Below are positions 10,335 through 22,954 of a DNA stretch of 64,000 bases, one piece after another (the stretch's first letter is position 1; every line of letters starts with the position of its first letter). Origin of the DNA: Octopus vulgaris (taxonomy: Eukaryota); NCBI GenBank assembly GCA_951406725.2, contig OX597820.1, positions 59,396,001 through 59,460,000 of the forward strand, written 5' to 3'. The notes under the pieces were generated by a model. It searched no databases. It was not told the origin of the DNA and was given only the letters and a program-made list of their open reading frames with translations. The position numbers were made by a program, and so were the translations under genes.

Positions 10335-13300
10335 ACAGAGAGAGAGAGGGGGAAGAAAAAGAGGGGAGGCTGGGACGGAATGGTTCAGATACAATCGGTA
10401 TGAAAGATCAATTTGATACCGATAATATGACAATGGAATAATGCGTTGTCGTTGCTTTTCTGATTGCTGCAACCGCAATTAAATAAATAAAGAGCTGAGA
10501 GCGACCACACTGCATTTTCAGATTATGTGGCAATACGAGTTTAAGGAAAGTGAGAAATTGCATTCTGGTTCCGTCCATACCTTTCCCAAGCACGAAAACA
10601 GATAAGTAGATGAGCGAAAATAATGTCACATGAAAACAAAATCACAGTAATATAATACACAATGCAATTAATATGTACACGATCCAACAAATTACACGTT
10701 AGAGAAGAAAAAAAAAGTCACGTTCCAATCAGTATTCCCCACCTCCAAGAAATCAGTATTCTGTTGAAATTTAATTTTCATGTTTTTATTTATTTTTTCT
10801 TTGGATTCGTTAAGTGAAATGGACAAGTGTGAAGTGGGATACTTGAAAGCGCGAAGCGATGTCAACTTCTTGTATTAAACCAATACCATGCCTTGTGGAA
10901 CTCGTATTACTGAAACTATTAAGCCGAGACTATTATCGAGTTGGGGCTGTCTTGAACACTCGAGTTTTCAAATTTAAAAAATCGTAGATGGTTTTCCAGT
11001 TTCAGATAACCATAGTTGTTGCATAAATTCCCTAATGTATTTCATATTGATCAGTTCAGAATCAATAAAGGTATCAATCGGCAAAGAAACTATTTTTCAT
11101 AATGACCAAGAGACCGTTCAAGTTAAAAACCCTACAACCAAACGAGAAAGCTTCCTACATGGTCGCTGATCTGCTTAAAATTTCCTCAACACATGCTACA
11201 TACAATGCTCAAGAAAGCATGCTAAGGCGCGTGTGTGTGTATGGGGGGGGGGTAGAAAGATGCTTTTGGTCATGGGTTTTCTGGATTAGGATTGATCTGG
11301 AGCAACAACAGTAACTCCACATCAGTCAGTAGTGCCAAATATTTTGAGATGTTAACTTTTTTTTTTAAATATACATAATTCCAATATACAATTGAGAATC
11401 GCAAATTCTAATGAGGTGCATTGAAAGGAATTGGTTTAAGAGTGAATGGCAATAAACGAAAGTATTTATGAATCAACTCCATTTGTCAAGGTTATTTCTA
11501 AAGATTTTCTATAGAAATTATAACTGATTTGTAGAGATAACCTTAACAAGTGACGTGATGACACTGCTAACACAGTATTGACTTATAAAAGCATTTAATA
11601 TACTTTGTAGTCGTATATTATGGTTGCATAACATAATACAATGTCCCTACACGTCTCTTATTTCTTTACATTACTTTACAATGTCCCTACACGTCATGAA
11701 ACAACTTATGCATGAGACGGATTCCTAACGCCATCAATTCATTCAGAGAATTTTCAACGACACATCGATGTTCTTATTTAGCCTCCATCTCAGCCTTGGC
11801 CAGACTGACATAATTACAAACGTTCACATTTTTTTTGTTTGTTTTGTTTTTGTATAGCAAAGACTAGATTATCCATTGAGTTACTTTTTCTTGGAGCAGT
11901 AGGTGAGAAGTAATCTGGGGGATATAAAATAAGTATCTGTCAAGCATTGGGGTTATGTTAGAAATCATTAATCAATAGCAGTAGTGATATTGCCGGTAAT
12001 TTCAGAAACTTTCAAAATCGCTGCAAATGCAAGACCTCACAATCACTGGTAGCTGATTCTCCAGACAATCTCACACCAACAACACAGCAAAAGCTGCAAT
12101 TCCAAACACTGGTGTTCCTCTTTAGGAACACAAAAAAAAAAAAGATACTCCAGCGACAAACAGTTGCAAACTGCAAAGGTGATAATCACAATGGTATAAT
12201 TGCACTCACATCTTGAACTGTGTCGCCGTTACACATACGGACATCATAAATCCTCCTCCAAAAAAGCAGACTCTATGTCAAAAAATGGTATAGTCACTTA
12301 TCAACATGTCCCTCAGGTATAATATCTTTTTATTCCACTATGTCTATTCATGCTACAACGATAACTTCAGATATTCAGAGCTGTGTAGTTTCAAACCACC
12401 TCCATTCAGGGCCATTTGTATATCTTCTTAATCACCCATCCTATATCTAACCCCTTAAGCCCTGAACTAATAACTATAAAACTTAGATATGTTTCGACCA
12501 AAGACTGGTCCAGGCCATGTCTAACTTAATAGCACCACCTGATAGGATTATCTAAACCCTGTTTAAGTCAAGTTTTGTTTATGGTCGAATCATTCCTTCC
12601 CAGAACGTCAAACATCTGGAATTCTCGCTCTGCTCTTGTGGTAGTCGATTTGTATGCTCAAGAACAAAATAAACTACGTCAACCCCTCAGGTTTCGGTCT
12701 TCGCAGGCGATGTGCAACAGAGATCAAGCCATAAAGACTCCTTACAGAAATGGCAATTAGTAACTTTGGAACTGTTCGCATCGCAAATAGCTCTAGAGTA
12801 TTCATCAGAAGCACTTCCTGTCAACGTTACCACACTCACAGACACTATTCTACACTACTGGATTTCCATAACCAGTCGATGTTTAAAAAAATCGTCTCAT
12901 TTTTATTATTAAATATTATTAGGAATTGTTTAATAATTATTAAATTATTTTGTATATTGTAGAAGTACAACGTATTGCACATAATTTTAGCAACAAAATC
13001 TTATGTGGACCCCAAAGATCATATGGATCGCGTTGAGAACCACTAGAGTATTGGCATCATGATCAGTTTTCTAAAAGATCACCGATTCAAAACTTTTAGA
13101 ATATTTGTATAAAGCAGAGCCCTTGTGTGTGGTCAGTTAGAAAGTAATTTCCTCTTCGTCTTTCACCTTCGGGAACCTCTCTCTCTCTATTTCATTTCAT
13201 CTCTTTCCTTCATCCCTCACACTTCTCTCCCACCTGCTTTTCACCTTACTCCACTCTCTCTCTCTCAGCAACATCCTCTACTAACCCTCTTCCCCCTCCT

Positions 13301-13841
13301 TTCAGCACCACCACCATGCCATCGAGGTATCTTGCACTGGTTCAACTGAACTCACTGACACTGCCACACACAACCTAGTAAAGTGGAGGAGGTGATGGTG
13401 GTGGTGGTAGGAGTGAAACAGTTAGAAGAAGAAACCTTCAAAAAGAGAGAGAGAGGGGGTAATAAGAGGTGATAGCAAGAGGAAATATGATGGCGGGGTG
13501 GTGAAAAGAAGATAGAGCAGTCAGGGTTGTAAGCCAAATAAAGCATGCTATAAGCTGTATGTATGTATGCCTGAGAGAAAGAGAGAATTTGTTTTAATAA
13601 ATGAATGAATGAAAAAAATATTTGAATGACGGGAAGCGTGTGAAAGATGGGTGTGAGAAAACGAGTACGATTTAACGTACGCACACACGCATATTTACTC
13701 GGAGTTTCCACCAATTCTCTATTTTAAAAGAGAGAGTTACGTAACCATGTCATCTAAAGAAATGACGCAAAAAACAGGCTGAGTAAATTTAACGATACAA
13801 TATGTAGAATATATTTCTTCTGATCATTATAATTAACGCGA

Positions 13842-13886
<45 letters not shown>

Positions 13887-13924
13887 GGCCATTAGGCCGA
13901 CGAGGCCAGATTACCAGATAATCG

Positions 13925-14257
13925 GTCACTGGACTGCGACCATCGTGGAGTACTATTTTGAAGCATTTAGTCGAACAAATCGCCCCCAGAACTTTTTTTT
14001 TTAAACCTGATCGGCCTCATTTGTCGAGCCTCTGTTGCAGGGACGTTAACAAACCAAAACCGGTTGTCAAGCGGCGGCATACAGAAATAAATATACATAC
14101 GGCGGTCTTCTTTCAGTCTCCGTCTATCAAATATCACTCACAAACCTTTGGTCGGCCCGGGACTATAGAAGATATTTGCCAAAGGTGCAACGTAGCAGGA
14201 CTGAACCCGGAACCTTGTGGTTGGAGAACAAGCTTACCACACAGCCACGCATGTGCC
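13925..14257 (-). mobile_element. SINE family 1, diverged but CpG-retaining
   Basis: Collinear with 8589-8984. Confidence 0.78.
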
Positions 14258-15000
14258 TACACACACACAAGTACATATATGAACAAGTGCGTACGTCTGC
14301 TAGATGTCATCTACATAAGTTTAGTACCTCACCACCAACTGTGCGATTGAATAGGCCGGCCTATGATGATTAGAGGCAACAGTTTTTCTCTGAACGGTAA
14401 TTATCTAATGTGCTTCCCACTTTTTAAGACATTAAGGTATGGTTTGGTGAAGATTTTGGTTATTCTTTCAACGTAGACGCGCACAGAGCAGCGACCCAAG
14501 AAGGGAGCCTTCATATGCTTGTCTGACCTTTCAAAAATAGCAGCCAAATTTTCATTCCGCTATTTTTTTTACACATTGGATTCTGTAGTCTTGGAAAATA
14601 AAATGGCTGGGAGGTTTTGATCACAGGCCTGATAGATTAGAGCAATTTATGCTCCCTTGGATTCTAGTATAGTTTTTATTTATATTAGGAACATAGAAAC
14701 TAAACCTTAGTACCTGACCAAAATTTTACAGATTCAAGTGTTGCCAAATGAAAAGTGCAGTGATTGCTAAAGTAACTAGTGAATTACCGCAAGACCATGC
14801 CAACCAGGAGTACTGTGTAGAATGTATAATAAATGGACGAGAGAACATTTATAAATTTAATGTGTTATTTTTTTCGTTCTTTCCTTTCTTTCATCTCAAC
14901 CCTTTCCCTTCAAGCGAGCCCCACTCCGCCTCGTCTTCAATTGACATTGTAAACTAAGATAGGAAAAGCGTGGTATTATAGAGAGAAACGAGGAGGGACA

Positions 15001-15002
<2 letters not shown>

Positions 15003-15077
<75 letters not shown>

Positions 15078-15088
15078 TAGATAGATAT

Positions 15089-15123
<35 letters not shown>

Positions 15124-15135
15124 TATAGATAAAGA
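15003..15135. repeat. Compound microsatellite (GA)n-(GACA)n-(GATA)n
   Basis: Directly visible. Confidence 0.95.
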
Positions 15136-15942
15136 GAGCGAGACAGTGACTATGTTTATTTTGTTGTAGTGATTAGACCGTGATGGAGAAGGAAATCTTG
15201 TGTGTTCTTTCAGGGAGGTCCTGGGGCAAACTTGAAAGAGAAATCCGTTGAATATATGAAGTTTAGTATGAGAGGAGCAGAAGATGGTGGAAGCGAAGGA
15301 TACGGTGGCGATGGTGGTAGCCGGCCTGCTTGATGGTTCTTAGGGCCCAATGGAAGACAGAAGATCGACTTTCAAGTCTAAGCTTACAAAATATATAAGA
15401 GTGAAATAGTACGCATGCCATGCGTAAATGTAGTAGTCGTAGTATTATCAGTAACGTTGTGAAAAAAAAAAGGTTTACTATAAAATAGCGTGCGAGTATG
15501 TACGTAGAAAGATTCTCTCTCACGTGTGTGGCGTAGCTTTTTTTCTTTTCTTCTTTCTTTTTTTTTTTAACCTCTCCGCCACCACTTACTACATATTCAC
15601 ATTCATCTAAGTCCCTTTCCTCCTGACAGAAAACCATAAACATTGAAAGACCTCTTCACACTGGAGTGTCAATCCGGGGCCAGTTATATATCACAGCAAC
15701 ACACATTTCTACGTGTGTGTGTGTGTGTGTGTATTTTTGTGACTGTATAAATAGCCGCAAGCTCGCATGTCCCTCCCTGTACGTAAACACACTTTCCAAT
15801 GAGTGTGTGTTGAACAAAATGTTAATCCTTTCGTTAATTTCAATGGACCATCGTACACGGCCAGTACTTAAAACCTGAGTTGCTAATGTTTAAATGCATA
15901 AGATAAACTTCACACCCGAATAGGACGCTAGCCTATCCATCG

Positions 15943-16152
15943 GGCTGGCAGACTCGTTAGCACGCCGGGCGAAATGCGTAGCCGTATTTCGTCAGCTGTT
16001 ACGTTCTGAGTTCAAATTCCGCCGAGGTCGACTTTGCCTTTCATCCTTTCGGGGTCGATAAATTAAGTACTAGTTACGCCCTGGGGTCGATGTAATCGAC
16101 ATAATCCGTTTGACCCCTCCGTGTTTAGCCCCTTGTGGGCAGTAGTGAAATA
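15943..16152 (+). mobile_element. SINE family 2, young copy
   Basis: gctggcagactcgttagcacgccgggcgaaatgc...gaggtcgactttgcctttcatcctttcggggtcgataaattaagtac; very similar to the 39891 and 62738 copies. Confidence 0.9.
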
Positions 16153-17136
16153 CATCTTAACTTTTTTCCAATGTTGCATTTTTTTCCTTGTTGGCTTTGT
16201 ACAGTAAACTTTGGGTATTCAAAGACACAAGCCCACGAATTTGAAGAAAGGAATTAGTCAGGCGATCGATATGACTAGCACTTGTGCCAAAATTGGAAAC
16301 CAATATCACTAACACTAGTTATCTTATCTTTTACAAGAAAAAGGATTTGATATTCTTTATAAGGATAATTAAATCAATCCGGTACTTGACGAGTACCGGA
16401 TCGAAGATAAAATTGTTTGCTTGTTAAAGACTGATTAATTAGGATTATCATTAAAGTTATTCAAGCTAGAAACGTTTTTTGTTTCTTTTGCTAGTAGTGT
16501 TTCGAGATAGACCCTTTATTCTGTCTATCTGCCAAGGATACGTCCCAGATAACATTTAATGGAGGAGCCAAGGAGGGGGCTTCTACGTGGTCGCTCGAAC
16601 GTCCAGAAATTGCAACCAAATCTACCTGAAATGACACCCTGACGTCTTAAAAATATATTACAATATGTTGGATAATGTAATCCCGGATTCCCTGTTTGCA
16701 GGAAGAGAAGCGACGGTGATGGGTTTCACTTGCGGAAAGCCTGTGATCACTTTAATCAAAGGCTGATGTGAGCTCTAAAGAACAATAACCACAGCAACAA
16801 GCGATAGGCCAGCGTTATATATCATTCAAAGAGACTACAGGTCTGTGTCGGTAAGACTTGTATCATTTGGAAAAATCGACAGCAAGCATACAGGGAAATT
16901 GCTGTGGGGAGTGGAGTATCAAACATTTCAGAATCCTTTAGGGTCAATATACTGATGATGTTTACATTTTCTCTCCGATTTTGGCAAGCAAAACTCAAGG
17001 ATTACTTGGATTACAGGAGTAAATACTAAATATTGTTGATAGGTGATGATATCTAGATTACGTGGGAAGGTTACACTTTAGGTTACGTCGTATCAAAGTT
17101 AAAGATTACCCGTGTAGAAAAAACATCCATACTTAC

Positions 17137-17323
17137 ATATCATATAACTTCACTTCGATTTTCGCAGCAGCCATCACAGCCTGTAGGTGAAGTAACATAG
17201 ACTCCACACTCAATATATTTAGTCCATTTTCTGGTGTCTGGATAATGACCTCGTACGTTGTACCACTTCCTTCACCTATCGTTTTCCTTGTATAATCCCG
17301 TTCTTTGGACAGACGACCATCTT
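17137..17323 (-). CDS. ptc: patched coding exon, 187 nt (PTCH1 exon 3 equivalent): DGRLSKERDYTRKTIGEGSGTTYEVIIQTPENGLNILSVESMLLHLQAVMAAAKIEVKLYD
   Basis: Acceptor tttctctttcatttttatcaacatgcag| and donor AT|gtaagt. Patched motifs GRxxxExxYTxxxIGE, IQTP, NxL and LLH. Phases 1/2. Confidence 0.96.
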
Positions 17324-18787
17324 CTGCATGTTGATAAAAATGAAAGAGAAATCACTTATTTGGTAAATTATCAGAAATTACAGTAAAGATTTCAGAAAAT
17401 AAGGAATAAAAATTATAAATAGCAGAGAGAAACATAGGCAAAAAGAAAGAAAGATAGATAGATACATAAAGACAGATAGACAAACAGGCATAGATAGACA
17501 GACAGACAGACAGACAGATAGATAGATAGATAGGCATATGGAGAAATGACAGACCTACTTTATAGATGTGCCAACAAGACAATCTCTGCACAATCGCCTG
17601 GCCTGCAGGAAATGTTAGCTAGAGCTAACTCTCTTTCAGATCACACCCTACAAATGTGTTCTGCCTTAAAAAAAGGGACACACTACATTATGTAGTGTTG
17701 GGATGGAATGGTCATGATAAGAACATCTTTCAGCTTAGGTCAGATGGATCAAGCCTGATAAAAGAATACCAATTCAGCAACATACACAGCAAAGATCTGG
17801 TTTATTTATGGAAATGGTGTATGTAGTCCACCTCCGCCCCCACCCACCCCACTAAAATATGAGGATTGGGCAATGCTGCATCCATATTAATGACATCACT
17901 CCAGCATGGGCCACAGCCCCCTGACTGAAACTACGAAAAGAGTAAATGGTTATATACATTCAATCTCTGGAATGTCTTTGACTATATGATCTGCTCAACC
18001 AGGGCCAACCCAGGGCCAAACAACAACCTAGCAAACCCTTCTATATAACAATCTAGTAGAGAAGATCTCAACAGCCATGGTATAGATTCTACTGACTTCA
18101 GGTATTAATTATTTCACACACACACACATTCAGGCAAACTGCTCAATCAGAGCTGATCTTAAGGCTTATACAACAACAACACATGTCTATTCATATTACT
18201 TTCTTAGTTAGTTAATCAACATTACACAGGTAATTAGTCCCAGTTGACATGTACATCAAAGACACCTCTCTCTCTCTCTCTCTGGCATGTGGTTAATGGG
18301 TTTGCTTCACAACCACATGGTTTTGATCTCAATCACACTGCATGGTGAGTGCCCTTTACCAAGAGCCAACCAAAGCTTTGAGAGAGGATTTGTAAGATGG
18401 AAGCTTATAGAAGCCCATCACGCAATGTGTGTGTGTGGGGGGCTCTTCCTGTTGCCACTCCTCACCCATTTCCAAACAAATTTATATTCCCTGTAGCCGG
18501 ACATGTTTTCACAGAAGACCAAAAACAGAGGACGTCAATGTAAAAACCAGGAACAAAAACCACAAGGCATTTTTTGTCTGGTAATGCCAATCCCAGAACT
18601 ATTGAACATGGTAACATCTCATTTCCTTTCCTTTAACATTGTAGACTTCAGTTCTAATTGGCATTGGGAGTTAAGGAGTTGAGGGTGATAGAGCAATAGC
18701 TTTTATGGGAAGACTTGCTGGCTATCTTATTATATATTTGTATTGTACTCTTCAGCAAGATATGCAACTCTACATAATCTAGTTTGC

Positions 18788-19135
18788 TAAGAAGCTTGCT
18801 TCCCAACCACATGGTTCTAGGTTCAGGCCCACTGCATGGTACCTTGGGCAAGTGTCTTCTACTATAACCTTGAGTCAACTAAAGCCTTGTAAGTGGATTT
18901 GGTAGACAGAAACTGAAAGAAGCCCATCATATTATGTTTGTGTGCATGTGTGAGAGAGTGTGTCATTGTGTATGTGTTCATTCCCTACCACTGTCTGACA
19001 ACTAGTGTAGAGTCTAATAGAGTAAGTATCAGTCTTAAAAAAACCCCAAAAAACTACTAGGGTTCATGACTAAAAATTCTTCAAGGCAATGCCCCAGCAT
19101 GGCCAAAGTTTAATGACTGAAATAAGTAAAAGAAA
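18788..19135 (+). mobile_element. SINE family 1
   Basis: Reverse complement of the 8589-8984 structure. Confidence 0.85.
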
Positions 19136-19682
19136 AAAATATAAATGGTTACCCTCTACTCCATAGTTGAATGGTTAACAGCAGGAAGGGTATTCAGCTT
19201 ACTGAGCAAATTGCTCTAACAAACAACCCATCCTACATATTAGTGGTGTAAGTTTAATACTCTGTTGCAAGTACTTGGACTAGACCCACCACCATTTTTC
19301 TGGCAGATGTTCAGGCTGGGTGGGCACCAGTCACATCAATATCACTCATCAGAGTGAACCTGCTTCTCCTCTGGCTAATTTATTATAACAAATAAAAAGT
19401 AAAACAGCATGGGAGGAAAGGGCTATAAATTTAGCTATGCCTCTACAAAGCCCATTATTATTATTTTCTATTTTATATAATCTATTTTGTGTTGATTTAT
19501 AGGTTTACAGTGAGTTAATCAGAGATTTTAATTGCATTTCTAATGGTCAGACTAATGAAGAAATGTCTGTGCAATACAGGCAGAATAAATATCATAAAGT
19601 ATGGTTGTTTGATACATCAATTTATGGACAGTTTTTTTTTTCCTCACAGACATGTATATTTTTAACCAATTTATACATACAC

Positions 19683-19902
19683 AGGCACAGGCGTGGCTGT
19701 GTGGTAAGAAGCTTGCTTCCCAACCACATGGTTTCGGGTTCAGTCCCACTGCCTGGCACTTTGGGCAAGGGTCTTCTACTATAGCCTCAGACCGACTAAA
19801 GCCTTGTGAATGGATGTGGTAGACAGAAACTGAAAGAAGCCCATCATAATTTGATGGGCTTCTTTCAGTTTCTATCTACCACATCCATTCACAAAGATAC
19901 AC

Positions 19903-19966
<64 letters not shown>

Positions 19967-20160
19967 ATCTTTGTCCCTCATTCACTACCTGACAACCAGT
20001 GTTCATATGTTTATATGTCTGTAACTTAGTGGTTCAGCAAAAGAGACCAACAGAATGACCAGTAGGCTTTAAAAAATAAAACCTGGGGAGAAATCTGTTC
20101 AACTAAAACCTTTCAAGGCAGTACTCCAGCATGGCCACAGTCTGAAACATGTAATAAAAG
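19683..20160 (+). mobile_element. SINE family 1 carrying an internal inverted duplication (19802-19896)
   Basis: Full head and tail, with a fold-back of the central segment. Confidence 0.88.
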
Positions 20161-21685
20161 GATACAAGCACAAACCACATATTTGTGAGTGTACAAAAGA
20201 TGTAATGTACCCTCCTCTGACAACTCTAACGACTTGGTGAAATATTTTCTATGTGTGTATGCAGCTCTCAGTAAACCTATCAATTACGATCAAAGGTAAA
20301 CCTGCAACAGCTTCAAGCTATTATGACTACATTATGATAACATTATTGAATATGGTTGTCTTTTTAAAGACAATAGGATGTAGTTTGAGAGAGAGATTTG
20401 GTTATTATTTCAGTTGACTGAATGACCACACAAGGGGAACAGAGACTTCTTTACGCTGGCATATTTTAGCCTGATATGATGTGTTTGTGTGTCATTAATG
20501 CATGTATTGTATGCATGAGTTTATATGAGTTTATATAGACATATATATACACACACAATATATTCATAAACATATGTGGTTCTATACATTTTTTGTCTAT
20601 ATATATACTGAAAACAAAATTCTGATTAAAAAACACTCAAACTCAAAAAATAAGCAAATATATGTACACACACACACACACACACATGCACAGACATACA
20701 AATGAAGGTGTTTGACTAAATTACTGATTGATATCAAAGTTATTTTTAAAACAGGTAAATGCATGTATACGTGTGTGTATATGTGTATATATAATGTAGT
20801 ATAGGATGCGTGAGTTATCTTTTATGTGTGTGTGTGTGTGTATTACATATGTGGTTTGTCATTTTGTGTGTGTGAGTGTGTGTGCTGAACCTTGGCTTCT
20901 CTGTTTAAAATTACTTCCTGCCCTTTCCTTCCCCTCCCCACTGCCTAGGGTAAGAGAGTTCTCCCCTATCACAGGTGGGTAGCACCCCTAAAGTGCTCAA
21001 CTACCATGACTTTAATTCCCTTTGACAAGTGTGTCTTCTTGTGTGGGCCTTCTGCCACTCACCTTCCTCATAACCTCAAGTCCACCACCACCTCCCTACC
21101 ATTCCACAATACAATATACACACTTGTGACACAGCCAGCCTATGGTTGTGTCTGTGTGTGTGTGTTTGTGTGTGTTTGTGTGTGTGTGTGTGTGTGTGTT
21201 AGCACACAGTAGCAGCTTTCACCCTGTTGATTACACACATTTCCTCTTAATCAAATATACCCACTAACTGTTCTAGACACACACACACAAACCACCACCA
21301 CTACAACTACTGAATTTTTAAACCACACAGCCATGCCTGTGCCTATCTATAATTAATATAAATATTAAATGGAGAATTTGGGTTCTTTCTCCACATCTTT
21401 TATGTAACCCTTCCCCATGTAAATTGTTGACAGCCTTTATGATGGGCTCCTCATTTATGCCCCCAAGGCTAAAAAAAAAAAAAATAATAATAATAATTGT
21501 TTCAAATTTTGCCACAAGGGCAGCAATTTTGGGGGACGAGATGAGTCATTTCATTGACTCCAGTGTCCAACTGGTACTTATTTTATCAACCCTGAAAGGA
21601 TGAAAGATAAAAGGTCAACCTTGGTAGAATTTGAACTAAAAACATAGTGACAGGTGAAATACTGCAAAGCATTTCATCCAGCATG

Positions 21686-22267
21686 CCCTGATGCAGTACC
21701 AAGCAGTGGCTCTCATGGCTTTTGATCTTAACTGATTGGAAGTGTTATCATGTACATTGTTTTGTCTTGGTATAAAAGATGGGCTACAGCAAATATTCTG
21801 TTCAATACTGCAGATTTGCTTGTCAGTTGTTTGACCTTAACCAGTTGAGCATGTCCCTTAGTGGCTGACGATATGTGCAGCTCTGATCATGAGCAGAATT
21901 AGTGGGGGGGGGGGCATCATAACCATGTGTTGAAAGGAATTCTTTGGGATTTGGATAATTCACTTTTGGAAACATACTTAAAATATCCTTAAACAACCCT
22001 TATTCAGGGACCTTTTGAGCAAGAAGGGCTACTCAATTTGAAGAAAATTCTAACTGGGCCCCCACCTGCAAGGTCCATGTGCTATTTATCCTGATATAAA
22101 CTCATCATGTCATGTACATATGGTTGTGATGCATGTGCCTGGTGTACTCTTATCAGACAGATAGTCATGATGGGTATACTGGGCTTCGTATATTTTAGCC
22201 CAGTGTCACTTTGATGGCATGCACTGCTCTCTCACTTAATGATAATAATAATAATAATAATAATAAT
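21686..22267 (+). mobile_element. Dispersed repeat ending in a (TAA)n tail, probably a LINE 3' UTR
   Basis: About 460 bp is collinear and highly similar to 55046-55527. Class inferred from the tail only. Confidence 0.7.
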
Positions 22268-22954
22268 CCTTTCTGTTATAGGTACAAGGCCTATTATAGG
22301 TACTCAGCTGATACTTAATTTATTGACCCCAAAATGATAAAATGCAAAGTCAATAATAACCGATACCAATATGGGCAATAAACATAAAATGATAATGATG
22401 ATGATGATGAATAATGTCAACCCCACCTCCATCTCCCCCATTGATCAGACTTGAAGTTTTAATTAGGTTTTCATATTTGCTGTTCTTATAAGTGATCTTA
22501 CTTTTCTATCTACCTTCTAGTTAACTGAAGTCACATATTAGGTGGGAGTTGTGGTGGTGGTGGTGGTGATGGTGACAGCAAGGGTTATAAGACATTGCTA
22601 AGATGGGAGAGGGAGAGAGGCAGGTGTGTATGTGTGTGTTCCTTGCTAGCTTGCGGAGCTCTTTGTATGTGAAATAGCCTGGATATCCTTGCTAATGGAA
22701 GAGGGGTAAGAGGAGGTATGATAAGGTGAAGGCTTAGGTCAACAGTATTAAATATTGAGATGTTCCTCTTTTATACAGATCTCCAGTGAAATAAATAAGC
22801 TGACCCTTTTTTTTAAAAAACAAACTTGGCCAGTTCTGGGATTTATTGAGTCTTTCTTTATCTCACCTGGTCCTTATATTACCTTCATCAACAAGTAGGG
22901 AGTTCAAACTGATCTTATATATCAGCCAAATGTACATCATTATCATGAGCCATT

